64,000 nt of DNA from an uncultured Verrucomicrobiae bacterium (lineage in GTDB: Bacteria > Verrucomicrobiota > Verrucomicrobiia > Chthoniobacterales > UBA10450): the NCBI GenBank assembly GCA_963726745.1, contig CAVSDR010000006.1:576001-640000 (forward strand). The letters are read 5' to 3'. Made by a program: the position numbers and the translations under genes. Position 1 is the first letter of the stretch, and each line of letters begins with the position of its first letter. The notes under the pieces are model-generated. The model did not search any database. It was not told where the DNA came from and saw nothing but the letters and a program-made list of their open reading frames with translations. Below, in pieces: positions 31,141-41,261 of this stretch.

Positions 31141-32628
31141 CGGGCCGGCTGGCGCGTGCCCGCGTGGTTCAACGGCAGCGGCGTGGGCTTCGGCTTCGGC
31201 GTGGGCGCGGCGTCGGTGCGCAGGCGTTTGCGGCTGGCGGGCTCGTCGAGCTGATTAGCGAAGAAGATTTCCGTGCCGGTCACGCGGGCGTATTCCGCAA
31301 GGGCGGCGTTGTAAGTGTAGAGCGCCTGCAGGGTGGTCGATTGCGCCCGCGTGACTTCGACGCGCGCATTCAAGACCTCGAGCTGCGTGCCCGCACCGGC
31401 GCCGAGGCGCGCGCCCGCAAGGCGGAGCGCTTCCTGCGCCTGCCCGACGTTCTGCTGCTGGCTACGGATCAATTCCTCGGCCTGGGTGAGGTTCGAATAG
31501 GCCTGCTGCACTTCCAATTCCACCTGCCGGACGGCGTCGTCGTAGGTCACCTTCGATTGCTCCAGCTGCGCGCGCGCCTGCTTGAGGCGGCCGTAATTCG
31601 AGCCCCAATCCCAGATGCTCCAGCTGCCGGTCGCGCCCACGGTGTAGCCGGTGCGCGCGTCGCGAATGTTCTCGCTGATCGCGTTGCTGCGGGCGTCGGT
31701 GCTGGCGACGGCATTGATCTGCGGCAGGAAAGCGGAGCGGGCCACGTTCACCTGCTGGTTTGTGCTCAGGACAGTCGCCTTCTCGCGTTTTAAGAGCGGG
31801 CGCCGCACCTTCGCGAGTTCGATCGCCTGCAGCACCGGGATCGGGTTGCCGGCGGGGGCGAGTTCGCCCACGGCTTCCAAGCGGTGGCTCATCGCCGCGC
31901 GCGGGATCGTAATCGAGTCCCATGGTCTTCGCGAGCTGGAGCATGGCGATGCGGTAGTTGTTCTTCGCGCTGATCAACTCCGGATACTGGTTTGAGAGCG
32001 CGACCTGCGCCTGGAGCACGTTGAAACGCGGGACCGTGCCGGCGTCGAAGCGGTTCTGCTGGTCGCCCAGCTGGCTGCGGAGAAGCGAAACCGATTCCTC
32101 CTGCACGCCGATGAGCGCGCGGTTCAAGAGCACGAGGTAAAACTGCTGGCGCACGGTCGCGATGACGGTATCGATCGTGTCGCGGAAAGCGAAATAGGCA
32201 GCATCACGCTGGAAGTCGGCCCCGCGAATCTGCGAAAGAACGCGCCCACCGGCAAAAATCACCTGCGATGCTTGCAAGCGGATCGCATAGGAGGTGTCCA
32301 CAGAAGCAAAGTCGGTGCTCGCGCCGCCGCTGCCCCGACCAATCGTGCGCAGGTGCGGATCGGTGTTTGTCAGCGAAGCGGTGGCGTTGAACTGCGGGAG
32401 CGCTTCGCCACGGACCTCGAGGTAAACGCCTTTCGCACGCTCGATCTCGAGCCGTGCCCGCTGGATGTCGGGGTTGCGCTGGAGCGCGGTCAGGACGGCC
32501 TCCGGCAAGGTGTAACGCGGAGTCGCGGAGGAGCTTTGGATCAGACCATCGGAGCCGGCCAGGGAGGCCTCCGCAGAGGCGAAGAGAAGGGAAAGGACGA
32601 CGAGCAGGGACGAGAAAATCTTACGCAT
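31137..32628 (-). CDS. TolC-family outer membrane protein, frameshift near 31885
   Basis: Signal peptide and two OEP repeats (ALQRNPDI, RFDAGTV, GAGTQLEVL). Confidence 0.85.
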
Positions 32629-32861
32629 GGAAACGAACGGGGAATGAAGTGGGAAGATTAACTGGTCACCCGGCATAGTCCAACCAGTTTCCCCGGGGAC
32701 ATTGCAGGCGATGTGCCGCGGAGGGCGAATAGTCCTAAGCGCCTGAGGGAGGACTCGTTAGGGAAATCCTCGGCCGCCCTTTGAGCTAGCCAGCGTCCCG
32801 TGGCCGGGATTCGGCGGTTCCAGATGTGGAACATGCGAGCGCGCAGACCAGAACCGGCTGG

Positions 32862-33344
32862 CTATTTCTTCGCGCAATAGGCGTGGATCTTGGTGTAGAT
32901 CCGCAACCAGGCCTTCTGCTCTTCCGGGCTCAGGTGGTTCATCATCGTCATCAGGTTCTCCACCATCTCCAGCCGGATGCGCCGGACGAGCGCGCTCCCT
33001 TTTTCGGTGATGCAAACCATGACCTTGCGCCGGTCTTCGCGCGCGCTCGTGCGGACGACGTAGCCGAGATTTTCCAGGCGCGCGACCAATCCGCTGGCCG
33101 CTGCGGTGGTGTGCTCCATCTTGCGCGCGATCGCCGACATCGTCAGCACTTCGCTTTCATCGAGCGCCGTCAGGAGGAAGAACTGCGGAAAGGAGACATT
33201 CCCATCGGCGAGCTCGCGGCAGAGCCGCAGGATGAGGCAGCGTTGCAGCGCGAGAATGATATGCGCCAGGCGCTCCGCGTCGGCGCGATTACTCGCAGGC
33301 CGCTCGGTTAAAAGCGGGCGCGTTGGAAGAAGTGCCGAGTTCAA
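32862..33344 (-). CDS. MarR family transcriptional regulator
   Basis: SFPQFFLL and LVARLENLGYVVR...DRRKVMVCITEKG motifs. Confidence 0.88.
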   Translation of the reverse strand: MNSALLPTRPLLTERPASNRADAERLAHIILALQRCLILRLCRELADGNVSFPQFFLLTALDESEVLTMSAIARKMEHTTAAASGLVARLENLGYVVRTSAREDRRKVMVCITEKGSALVRRIRLEMVENLMTMMNHLSPEEQKAWLRIYTKIHAYCAKK

Positions 33345-33406
33345 CGGAGAAAGTTAGGGGCGCACTTCCGGGAGGTCAACCGAGCCGACACGCCGGCGCG
33401 CCCCAT

Positions 33407-34589
33407 TTACCGCCAGGTGAAAACGCGGCCCGCCGCACCGGCGGCGATGCACTCGCCCGGCGCCAGCCGCAGGAGCGCCGTGGCGCGGCTCAGGCCAAAG
33501 AGCGCATGCGATTCCTGCCGCCCCACGGTCTCAAATTTCCCGTCGCGCAGCGCGCCGCGGAGATAATGCGGACGGTCGCCCGGATTAGCCAGCGCCTCGG
33601 CCACTGGCGCGGAGAGACTCGCGAGACCGAGCGCCTCCTCGGCGGCGCCCATCAGCCGACGCAACGCCGGGCGCACAAAAAGCAGAAAGGTGACGAAGGC
33701 CGAGACCGGATTCCCTGGCAATCCAAAGACGAGGCAACCGTCCAGCCGTCCGAAGAGAAACGGCTTCCCCGGCTTTACCGCCACACGCCAAAGATCAAGG
33801 CTGCGCGCCCAGCTCCGTGAGCGCGGACTTCACCAGGTCGTGCGCTCCCACGGAGACGCCGCCGCTCACGATCACCACGTCAGCGGCGACCGCCGCGCGC
33901 AGGCTTTCGCCGATCGCGCCGCGCTCGTCGCGCGCGTGCACCCGCGACGCCACTTCCGCGCCCGCCTGTTGCACCAAGGCCGCGAGCATGAGCGAATTCG
34001 ACTCGTAGATTTGCCCCGGCGCCAAAGCAGCGCCCGCCGGCGCAAGCTCGTCGCCGGTCGAGAGCAGCGCGACCCGCGGCCGCCCGCCCACCGCCACCGT
34101 GTCCCAGCCCTGCGAGGCCAGCAGGCCCACAAGTGGCGCACTGATTTCCGTCCCCGGCGCGAAGAGCCTCTGCCCTTCCGCGAGATCGCCGCCCTGCCGC
34201 CGGACAAACTCGCCCGCCTCCGCGGTGGTCTGCAAAACGACCACGTCGCCTTCCGTGGTTGTCTCCTCCTGCATCACCACCGCATCCGCGCCCGCCGGCA
34301 GCGGCGCGCCGGTGAAAATCCGCGCCGCCTCGCCCGCGCACACGGTCAATTTCCGGTCCCGGCCAGCCGGTTGCTCGCCGATCACCCGCAGCCGCGCGCC
34401 CGGCGCCGTGTCCGCCGCGCGCACCGCGTAACCATCCATCGCCGAGTTGTCGAAACCCGGCAGCGCCACCTGCGCCCGCCGTTCCTCCGCCGCAAAATAG
34501 CCGACCGCTTCCAGCAACGGCACCCGGCGCGGCGGCAAGGGCCGCACCCGCGCGAGAATCTGCGCCCGCGCTTCCTCTTCGCCGATCAT
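33407..34589 (-). CDS. moeA: Molybdopterin molybdotransferase, frameshift near 33800
   Basis: FDNSAMDGYA, IFTGAPLP, STGDEL, SGGVSVG and KPGKP...GLPGNPVS motifs. Confidence 0.92.
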
Positions 34590-34942
34590 CGGTAAACGCG
34601 CTGCCCGCGCGCCGGCTCGCCGCTTAGGATGTCGGCGCTCACAAAAGGCCGCTTCCGTTCCGCGGTCACTTTCAGGCGCACGCTCTCGCCCGCCTCGGTG
34701 ATCGCAGTCAGCGGCGTCCCCGCCTCCGGTGGCGCGCCGGTGGCGCGCAGCTCGATCAAAACAAATTTGCCGACCAGATTCACCACCGCGATCTCGCCCA
34801 CGTAAGTCGGCGCGGTCACCGCCGGCGTCTTCGCCGTGACCGGAGTCTTGGGATGACAGGCCGCGAGCGCTAGCAGCAGCAGGAGCAAGCCGAGCGGCCG
34901 CAGGATTCCGCGCAGGCGTGGATTCGTTAGGCGGGGACGCAT
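34586..34942 (-). CDS. Hypothetical lipoprotein
   Basis: LLLLLALAAC lipobox; overlaps the moeA start (ATGA). Confidence 0.65.
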   Translation of the reverse strand: MRPRLTNPRLRGILRPLGLLLLLLALAACHPKTPVTAKTPAVTAPTYVGEIAVVNLVGKFVLIELRATGAPPEAGTPLTAITEAGESVRLKVTAERKRPFVSADILSGEPARGQRVYR

Positions 34943-35001
34943 TTATCGAGGGGCTCGGTTGACGACCATCCGCTCACCGCCATAGTCTCGCAACCCAAGT
35001 T

Positions 35002-35089
35002 GGTGAGGTGGCTGAGTGGTCGAAAGCAACGCTTTGCTAAAGCGTCGTACTCCAAAAGGGTACCGAGGGTTCGAATCCCTCCCTCACCG
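35002..35089 (+). tRNA. tRNA-Ser(GCT)
   Basis: Acceptor stem GGTGAGG/CCTCACC, anticodon arm ACGCT-TTGCTAA-AGCGT, long variable arm, GGTTCGAATCC T-loop; CCA not encoded. Confidence 0.95.
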
Positions 35090-35099
35090 GGCCTCTATC

Positions 35100-37688
35100 G
35101 TGTCGCATCTCCCCACTTTTGGCGCGCGTCTGGCCCTTGGCGTAGCCCTGTTTTTAGCCGGCAACTTCAGCAGCCGCGCGGCTTCGTTTCTTTTCGATGC
35201 GGCGCATGCGCAGACGGCGGGGAATGCCGACTGGGTGATCGACCAGGACGCGGGCGGGCCGCAGCGTTTTCCCACGCCGGATCAGGCGACGGTGACGGCG
35301 ACCACGCCGGAGAATTACTGGAAAGGTGGCATCTCCGCGTGGGGGATCGAGCTGGTGAAGCGCGGCCACCAAGTGGAGACGCTCCCGGCGAGCGGCGTGT
35401 TGACGTATCAAAATGCCGGCAACGCCCAGGACCTTTCGCGTTACCAGGTGCTGGTGATCGACGAGCCGAACAAGGCTTTCACCGCGGCGGAGCGGACGGC
35501 GATCGTGAATTGGGTAAAGGCGGGCGGGAGTCTCTTCCTGATCGCGGATCACACCGGCTCGGACCGGAACGGTGACGGCAAGGATTCGGTCATGATCTGG
35601 AACGAGCTCTTCGCGAGCAACGGCGTGCAGGCCGCGCCGTTTGGCCTGGTGATCAATAGCGACAGCCTCTCGCCGCGGAATGAATCGGTCGACGGCACCG
35701 CGGGGAATCCGATCACGCGCGGAATAGCCGGCACGATCACGCAATTCAACTACGCCGACGGGGCCTCGCTCACGATCGACCCGACGAAGAACGCGAGCGT
35801 GAAAGGCGCGGTCTGGGCCAGCTCCACGCGCACGAACAGCAACGTGCTCGTGGCTTACGGGACCTTCGGCGCGGGCAAGTTCGTCGCCATCGGCGACAGC
35901 TCGCCGATGGACGACGGCACCGGTGCCGCCGGCGATGTGCTCTACGACGGCTGGACCGATGCCGGGGGGAACAACGGGCAACTGGTGATCAATGCCTCGC
36001 TCTGGCTGGCTACGCCGCTGGCCAACGCGCCCCCGCCTAACGACACCTTCCTGAGCGCCGCGGCGCTCGCCGGCCCCACGCCCAGCGCCACGGGGACAAA
36101 CGTGAACGCGACCAAGGAAACCGGCGAGCCGAACCACGGCGGCAACGCCGGGGGAAAATCGGTTTGGTGGAAATGGACCGCGCCCTCTTCGGGCACGGTC
36201 ACGCTCACGACCAGCGGGAGCAATTTCGACACGCTTCTCGGCGTCTACACCGGGGGCGCGGTCAACGCCCTCACCCTGGTCGCGGGGAATGACAACAGCG
36301 GCCCCGGCCTAACGAGCAGTGTCACTTTCAGCGCGACCGCGGGGCTGGTCTACGCGCTTGCGGTCGATGGGAACGGAGGCGCTGCGGGCAGCATTGCGCT
36401 CGCGCTCACTTTGACCGCGCCGCCCACCGGGGGCACGCCGGTGGCCTTCGCTTCCTGGAATTTTGACAGCACGCCGTATGCGAATCCGCTGCCGGCAAAT
36501 AGCGGCAGCGCTACGCTCGACTTCAGCGGCTGGGGCGGCACGGTAACGAACTTCGGCGGCGTGACCGGACAGGCGCTCGCGCTCCAGGGGACCGCGGGCA
36601 ATGGCACTTACATCGAGCTGGCTTTTTCCATGAGCGGCTATCGCGGCTTGAAGGTGGATTTCGCCACTCGCGGGACGGCCACCGGTTTCAGCAGCGGGAT
36701 TTGGTCGTGGAGCGTGAATGGCGGCGCCTTCACCACTTTGCCGGGCGTGAATACCGGCACCACCACAACCAGTTTCGTCGACAAGACGGTCGATTTCTCC
36801 GGTCAAACTGCGCTCGACCACGCCGCGTCCGTGCGCCTGCGCTACACCCTCAGCGGGAGCAGCGGCTCCTCGCCGAATGTGCGGATCGACGATCTCGTCC
36901 TGAGCGCAACCCAGGTTCCAGTAGTCAGCGTGGTCGTGACCAACGCCGACGCCTTCGAGGCCGGGATGCAGCCGGCCACGGTGGTGGTGAGCTCGTCGCT
37001 GGCCGCGGGCAGCGGCGGCCTGCCGGTTTCCTTCCAGCTCGGCGGGAGCGCGAGCGCGAGCGATTACTCGTTAGCCGGCAATTCGAGCGCGAACACGGTT
37101 ACGATCCCCGCGGGCGCGACCAGCGCGATGCTCACTTTCACTCCGATCGCCGACGGTAACCTGACGGAGTTCGACGAAAGCATAACCCTCGCGCTGGTCC
37201 AAAGTGCTGGCTATTTCCTCGGGACGCCGGCAGCCGCCAGCCTCACGATCCACGACGACACGCCCTACAATGCCACCTGGGCCGCGGCGCATCCGGGCTT
37301 CCAGGGCGCGCTCGCCGATCCGATGGCGGACCCGGACGCGGACGGAATTTCGAACCTCGAGGAGTTTGCCTACAACGGCGATCCTTTCCGCTCGGATCGC
37401 TCGATCCTGCCGGCGATCGCCGTCATGGAGTTCCCCGATCCGGCAGACGGCAATTTGAGCAAGCCGTATCCCACGATCTCGTTCCTGCGCCGGACGGACG
37501 CGCCCGACTTGGTCTACGCGGTGGAAATTTCCGACGACCTCCGCAATTGGACCAACGAGCTCGAGCAAATCTCGGCCACGCCCGACGCGGCGCCGAACAT
37601 GGAACGGGTGGTCTATCGCGGGCTCACCCCGCTGCGCGGAAACGGCGCCAAGCCCCGCGTTTTCCTGCGTGTGCGGGTGTCCTTTTGA
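35100..37688 (+). CDS. Secreted multidomain protein: GATase-like/DUF4350-like N-domain, PPC-like, Calx-beta-like and verrucomicrobial C-terminal domain
   Basis: GTG 35100 with signal peptide; FDAAHAQTAGNADWVID, PNDTF...GSNFDTLLGVY, EFDESITL, DPDADGISNLEEFA and FLRVRVSF. Confidence 0.7.
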   Translation: MSHLPTFGARLALGVALFLAGNFSSRAASFLFDAAHAQTAGNADWVIDQDAGGPQRFPTPDQATVTATTPENYWKGGISAWGIELVKRGHQVETLPASGVLTYQNAGNAQDLSRYQVLVIDEPNKAFTAAERTAIVNWVKAGGSLFLIADHTGSDRNGDGKDSVMIWNELFASNGVQAAPFGLVINSDSLSPRNESVDGTAGNPITRGIAGTITQFNYADGASLTIDPTKNASVKGAVWASSTRTNSNVLVAYGTFGAGKFVAIGDSSPMDDGTGAAGDVLYDGWTDAGGNNGQLVINASLWLATPLANAPPPNDTFLSAAALAGPTPSATGTNVNATKETGEPNHGGNAGGKSVWWKWTAPSSGTVTLTTSGSNFDTLLGVYTGGAVNALTLVAGNDNSGPGLTSSVTFSATAGLVYALAVDGNGGAAGSIALALTLTAPPTGGTPVAFASWNFDSTPYANPLPANSGSATLDFSGWGGTVTNFGGVTGQALALQGTAGNGTYIELAFSMSGYRGLKVDFATRGTATGFSSGIWSWSVNGGAFTTLPGVNTGTTTTSFVDKTVDFSGQTALDHAASVRLRYTLSGSSGSSPNVRIDDLVLSATQVPVVSVVVTNADAFEAGMQPATVVVSSSLAAGSGGLPVSFQLGGSASASDYSLAGNSSANTVTIPAGATSAMLTFTPIADGNLTEFDESITLALVQSAGYFLGTPAAASLTIHDDTPYNATWAAAHPGFQGALADPMADPDADGISNLEEFAYNGDPFRSDRSILPAIAVMEFPDPADGNLSKPYPTISFLRRTDAPDLVYAVEISDDLRNWTNELEQISATPDAAPNMERVVYRGLTPLRGNGAKPRVFLRVRVSF

Positions 37689-37766
37689 ACGGGTGCAAAA
37701 ACTCCCGGCGCTGGCCTGACAATTGCATTGTCACCGGCGATGCCTGCGCCCATGCTCCGCCACTTC

Positions 37767-38357
37767 ATGACTCCCCGACTCCTCGTTAGGCTGTTCCTCG
37801 CCGCGGCTGCGACCTTGCTCTGTGTGAGCTGCGCGGAGATGAACCAGCCGGTGGCTGGCGCCCGCAGCGAGCAGATGAAAACGGCCATGGCCGCGCCTGC
37901 GCCGAAACCGGCCTACTGGGACGATGTGGCCGGCAAAGGCCGGGCGAAAATTGTCGTCAAGCTGGAGGAACAGCGCGCGTATTTCTATCGCGGGAAAGTG
38001 ATCGTGGGCGAGTCGAACATCTCCACCGGGCGCAAGGGCTTCGAGACGCCGCCAGGGAAATACGCCGTGATTCAGAAGGACGAGCACCACGCCTCGAATC
38101 TCTACGGCGACTACGTCGATCCCGCGGGCAACGTGGTGAAGGCAAACGTCGACACCTCGAAAGAGAGCGCGCCGGAAGGGGCGACTTTCCGCGGCGCGCC
38201 GATGAAATATTTCCTGCGCTTCACCGGCGGCTACGGGATGCACGCCGGCTTCGTCCCGCGCTACCGCGCCTCGCACGGTTGCATCCGCATGCCGAGCGAG
38301 ATGGCGCAGCACTTCTTCACCGCGGCCGACAACGGCACGCCGGTGATCGTGGAATAA
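37767..38357 (+). CDS. L,D-transpeptidase (YkuD family) lipoprotein
   Basis: ISTGRKGFETPPG and GMHAG...ASHGCIRM motifs; lipobox-like LLCVSC. Confidence 0.9.
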   Translation: MTPRLLVRLFLAAAATLLCVSCAEMNQPVAGARSEQMKTAMAAPAPKPAYWDDVAGKGRAKIVVKLEEQRAYFYRGKVIVGESNISTGRKGFETPPGKYAVIQKDEHHASNLYGDYVDPAGNVVKANVDTSKESAPEGATFRGAPMKYFLRFTGGYGMHAGFVPRYRASHGCIRMPSEMAQHFFTAADNGTPVIVE

Positions 38358-38377
38358 CGAGCGGCTGCGACTGCTCG

Positions 38378-38716
38378 TTAGCCGGGCGGCCAAACCAGCG
38401 GCCGCTTCCCGAGCACGTGCACATGCAGGTGCGGCACGCTTTCGCCCGCATCCGGGCCACTGTTGATCACCACCCGGTAGCCGCTCGCGAGCAAGTCGAG
38501 CTTTTCCGCGACCACGCGCGTGGCCAGGAGGAGCTTCCCGAGCAGGGCCTCGTCTTCTTCGGTGGCCGCAGAGAGCCGCGGGATCACGCGCTTTGGCACG
38601 ATCAACACATGCACCGGCGCTTTCGGATCGACGTCGTGAAAGGCGAGCAGGTCGTCGGTTTCATGCACGATCTGCGCGGGGATTTCGCGCGCGATGATCT
38701 TTTCGAAAATCGTCAT
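38378..38716 (-). CDS. HIT family nucleotide-binding protein (HinT-like)
   Basis: MTIFEKIIAREIPA and HLHVHVL motifs. Confidence 0.92.
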   Translation of the reverse strand: MTIFEKIIAREIPAQIVHETDDLLAFHDVDPKAPVHVLIVPKRVIPRLSAATEEDEALLGKLLLATRVVAEKLDLLASGYRVVINSGPDAGESVPHLHVHVLGKRPLVWPPG

Positions 38717-38736
38717 CTTGCCGGCTAATTCTTCGC

Positions 38737-39297
38737 CTAACGAAGGGAGCAGCGCAGGTGCTGCAGGGCGGGATCGGCGGAGAGTTTTTCGCGCACGAAA
38801 CAGACGATCTCTTCGCGCAGGGTATCGCAAGCGCGGGTCCACATTTTCGCGCCGCGCAGGTGTTTCACGCAGGCCGCCAGGCCGACAAGTTGCAGGCTAT
38901 CCGTCCCGGTGCCGACGAGAGCGTGGATGCGTTTCTCCAGCCCGTCGAAAAAGGCCAGCTCGTACCCGGTGCCCGCGGCTTCCGCGACCTCCACCAGCGA
39001 GACCGAAATCGGCGGCGGCGCCGGCTCGAAGAAGGGAATGATTTCCTTGTAGCCAATGACCTTGAGGACGTAGCGGACCGTCTGCGAAAGCTGGCTGAAC
39101 GGCACCACCGGCTCGTCGTTTCGCAGCCGCAGGTAGAAAGTAATGCTCTCGGTAATGTGATCGGTGAGCCACCAACTCGGATAGCCCGCCTGGTCGGCCG
39201 CGCGGGTAATCGCGGCATGGAGCCATTGCTGATTGAACTCAAACAGCTGCCCGGAATCGCAGCGGAGATAGGGGAATTCTTCTTTAAACGCTACCAT
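38737..39297 (-). CDS. Hypothetical protein, overlapping and directly downstream of nrdR
   Basis: 186-aa ORF overlapping the nrdR end, with typical codon usage. Confidence 0.65.
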   Translation of the reverse strand: MVAFKEEFPYLRCDSGQLFEFNQQWLHAAITRAADQAGYPSWWLTDHITESITFYLRLRNDEPVVPFSQLSQTVRYVLKVIGYKEIIPFFEPAPPPISVSLVEVAEAAGTGYELAFFDGLEKRIHALVGTGTDSLQLVGLAACVKHLRGAKMWTRACDTLREEIVCFVREKLSADPALQHLRCSLR

Positions 39298-39799
39298 GCC
39301 TGATCGCCTCCGGGGGAAAGAGTTCGCGCTGGGCCGCACTCGTCTTTACGCGGCGACCGAGGGCCTGGATGGCATCGACAAATTCCGTCACCTCCGCGAA
39401 GTGCTGGTGCACGGAGGCGTAGCGCAGGTAGGCCACCTCATCGATGTCCTTCAACTTCTCGAGCACCTTTCCTCCGATAATTTCCGAGGAAACTTCGCGC
39501 GTCCCGGCGGTCTCGAGTTCGTGGATGATCTCATCGACCATTTGCTCCAGGGTGACGAGGCTGACGGAACGCTTCTCGAAAGCGCGCGCCAGACTGTTGA
39601 CCAATTTCCGCCGCTCGAAGGTCTCGTGCGTGCGGTCCTTCTTGACCACGCGCAAGTCGGAGCGGTCGATTTGCTCGTAAGTGGTGTAGCGGTAAGAGCA
39701 CTGCAGGCAAACCCGACGGCGCCGAATAGTGGTTCCGTCCCGCGACTGGCGCGAGTCGATGACTTTGTCGTCATGAAACCCGCACTTTGGACAACGCAT
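39284..39799 (-). CDS. nrdR: Transcriptional repressor NrdR
   Basis: MRCPKC...DKVIDSR...IRRRRVC..C..RYTTYE zinc ribbon, ATP cone, VAYLRYASV. Confidence 0.96.
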   Translation of the reverse strand: MRCPKCGFHDDKVIDSRQSRDGTTIRRRRVCLQCSYRYTTYEQIDRSDLRVVKKDRTHETFERRKLVNSLARAFEKRSVSLVTLEQMVDEIIHELETAGTREVSSEIIGGKVLEKLKDIDEVAYLRYASVHQHFAEVTEFVDAIQALGRRVKTSAAQRELFPPEAIRHGSV

Positions 39800-39820
39800 A
39801 GTGTCGGGTGAGTAGATACC

Positions 39821-39836
39821 ACACCGTATCTTGTGG
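39821..39836. promoter_or_regulatory. Candidate NrdR box upstream of nrdR
   Basis: ACACCGTATCTTGTGG versus consensus acaCwAtATaTwGtgt, 22 bp upstream of the nrdR start. Confidence 0.5.
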
Positions 39837-39897
39837 CGTCAAAGGTTTGCGCAGGATCTGCAAAAAAAACGCGCAGCCGCCGATGCCCCGATTACTC

Positions 39898-41253
39898 TTA
39901 GGGACAGCACGCCAACGCTGGCAAACCGCCCTGTCGCACCACGAGGCGTCCGCCGAGGATCACCGCGCGAATCCGGCGCGTGTGGCGGATTTGCTGGAGT
40001 GGGTTCGCGTCCAGCAGGACGAGGTCGGCCCGTTTCCCGACCGCAATTGATCCGCTCTCGGCATCTGCGCCGAGGAAACGCGCGGCCTCGAGAGTGGCCG
40101 CGCGGAGCGCTTCCGCAGGCGAAAGCCCCGCCGCGACCAAAAGCTCTAGCTCGAGATGAAGCGAACTGCCAGGGTAAACCAGCGGCATGGAGGCGTCGGT
40201 GCCCGCGAGGATCCGCGCGCCGGCCCGGTGCAAGGTGTGCACGAGCGCGCGGGCACGCTGCCAGCGCAGTTCCGCGATGCGATCGGGAGTCACATCTCGC
40301 TGTCTAAGGTGACGCGTCCAACGTGCTTGCTCATCGGCGCGCAGGAGCGGCCAGCGCGGATCGCGCCGGAAGGCATTCGCATTGCCCCGCGCTTCCAAGA
40401 ACGGCAGCACAAGTGTGGGCACCTGCGCCTGGCCGGCGCGCGCCAGGAGTCGCGCAACTTTCAGGGCCCGTTTCGCATCGAAGCCTTCCAGCGCCGCTTG
40501 CTCCTGCCCAGCGGCTGTGGCCACACCGCGCCGACGGGCCTCGAGGAAATTCACCTCGTTAGGCGCGGCGGCTTCGAGGAGCTGGGTAAGATGCTCGTTC
40601 GAACGCTGACCCGCGGCTGCGGCGGCGAGAATACTGACGGTTTCCGGGATGTGCCCGCAGACCGGCAGGTGCGAGGCGCGCGCTTCCGCCAAGGTTGCGT
40701 TCCAGGCCGGCTCCGGCAGCTCCGAAAAGACTTTCACGAAATCGGCGCCCGCGCGGCGGGCTGCCCGCACTTGCCGCCGCGCCTCGGCTGCAGAGGGACC
40801 GCGAATGAACACGCCAGCCGCGACAATCCGCGGAGCGAGGCGCTCTCCGCGACTTGTCTCCGCGCGCCAGCGTCGGATCGTGCGCAGGTCTTCCGGCCGG
40901 GCGGCCATCTCGCGCAGGCCAGTAACCCCGGCGGCCAGGAAAAGCGGGAACATCCAGTCGTTAGGCGGACGCCGGGTTGCGTTGTTGAAAAGATGGACGT
41001 GCAAGTCCACTAAGCCAGGAAGGAGAAAGTGCCCGCGGCCGTCCACACGCTCGGTCCCAGGCGGAAGCCGCACTGCTTCCGGCGCCACAATCGCCGCGAT
41101 CCGATCGCCTCGCACGACGACCGTGCGCGGCGGGAGCACCTTCCCCGCGGCCACGTCGACGATGGCAACACCCTCGATCGCCAGCAGCGGCTCCGCCCGC
41201 GTTGTCGCGGTCAACGCGATCACAAAGGCGAACGCGATTCCCCACAAGCGCAT
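39898..41253 (-). CDS. Secreted amidohydrolase family protein
   Basis: PGLVDLHVH, AGTDA and GSIAVGKRADLVLLDANP motifs. Confidence 0.88.
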   Translation of the reverse strand: MRLWGIAFAFVIALTATTRAEPLLAIEGVAIVDVAAGKVLPPRTVVVRGDRIAAIVAPEAVRLPPGTERVDGRGHFLLPGLVDLHVHLFNNATRRPPNDWMFPLFLAAGVTGLREMAARPEDLRTIRRWRAETSRGERLAPRIVAAGVFIRGPSAAEARRQVRAARRAGADFVKVFSELPEPAWNATLAEARASHLPVCGHIPETVSILAAAAAGQRSNEHLTQLLEAAAPNEVNFLEARRRGVATAAGQEQAALEGFDAKRALKVARLLARAGQAQVPTLVLPFLEARGNANAFRRDPRWPLLRADEQARWTRHLRQRDVTPDRIAELRWQRARALVHTLHRAGARILAGTDASMPLVYPGSSLHLELELLVAAGLSPAEALRAATLEAARFLGADAESGSIAVGKRADLVLLDANPLQQIRHTRRIRAVILGGRLVVRQGGLPALACCP

Positions 41254-41261
41254 GGGAAACG

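Noticed and set aside
32676..32861. Structured RNA or riboswitch between marR and the TolC-family gene
   Set aside because: Only a weak GAGGA/TCCTC pairing; no recognisable family motif.
35016..35099. N-terminal extension of the 890-aa ORF
   Set aside because: It overlaps tRNA-Ser; the signal peptide begins at GTG 35100.
35002..38357. tRNA-anchored genomic island
   Set aside because: No integrase and no attR duplication of the tRNA 3' end seen; composition and motif content match the core.
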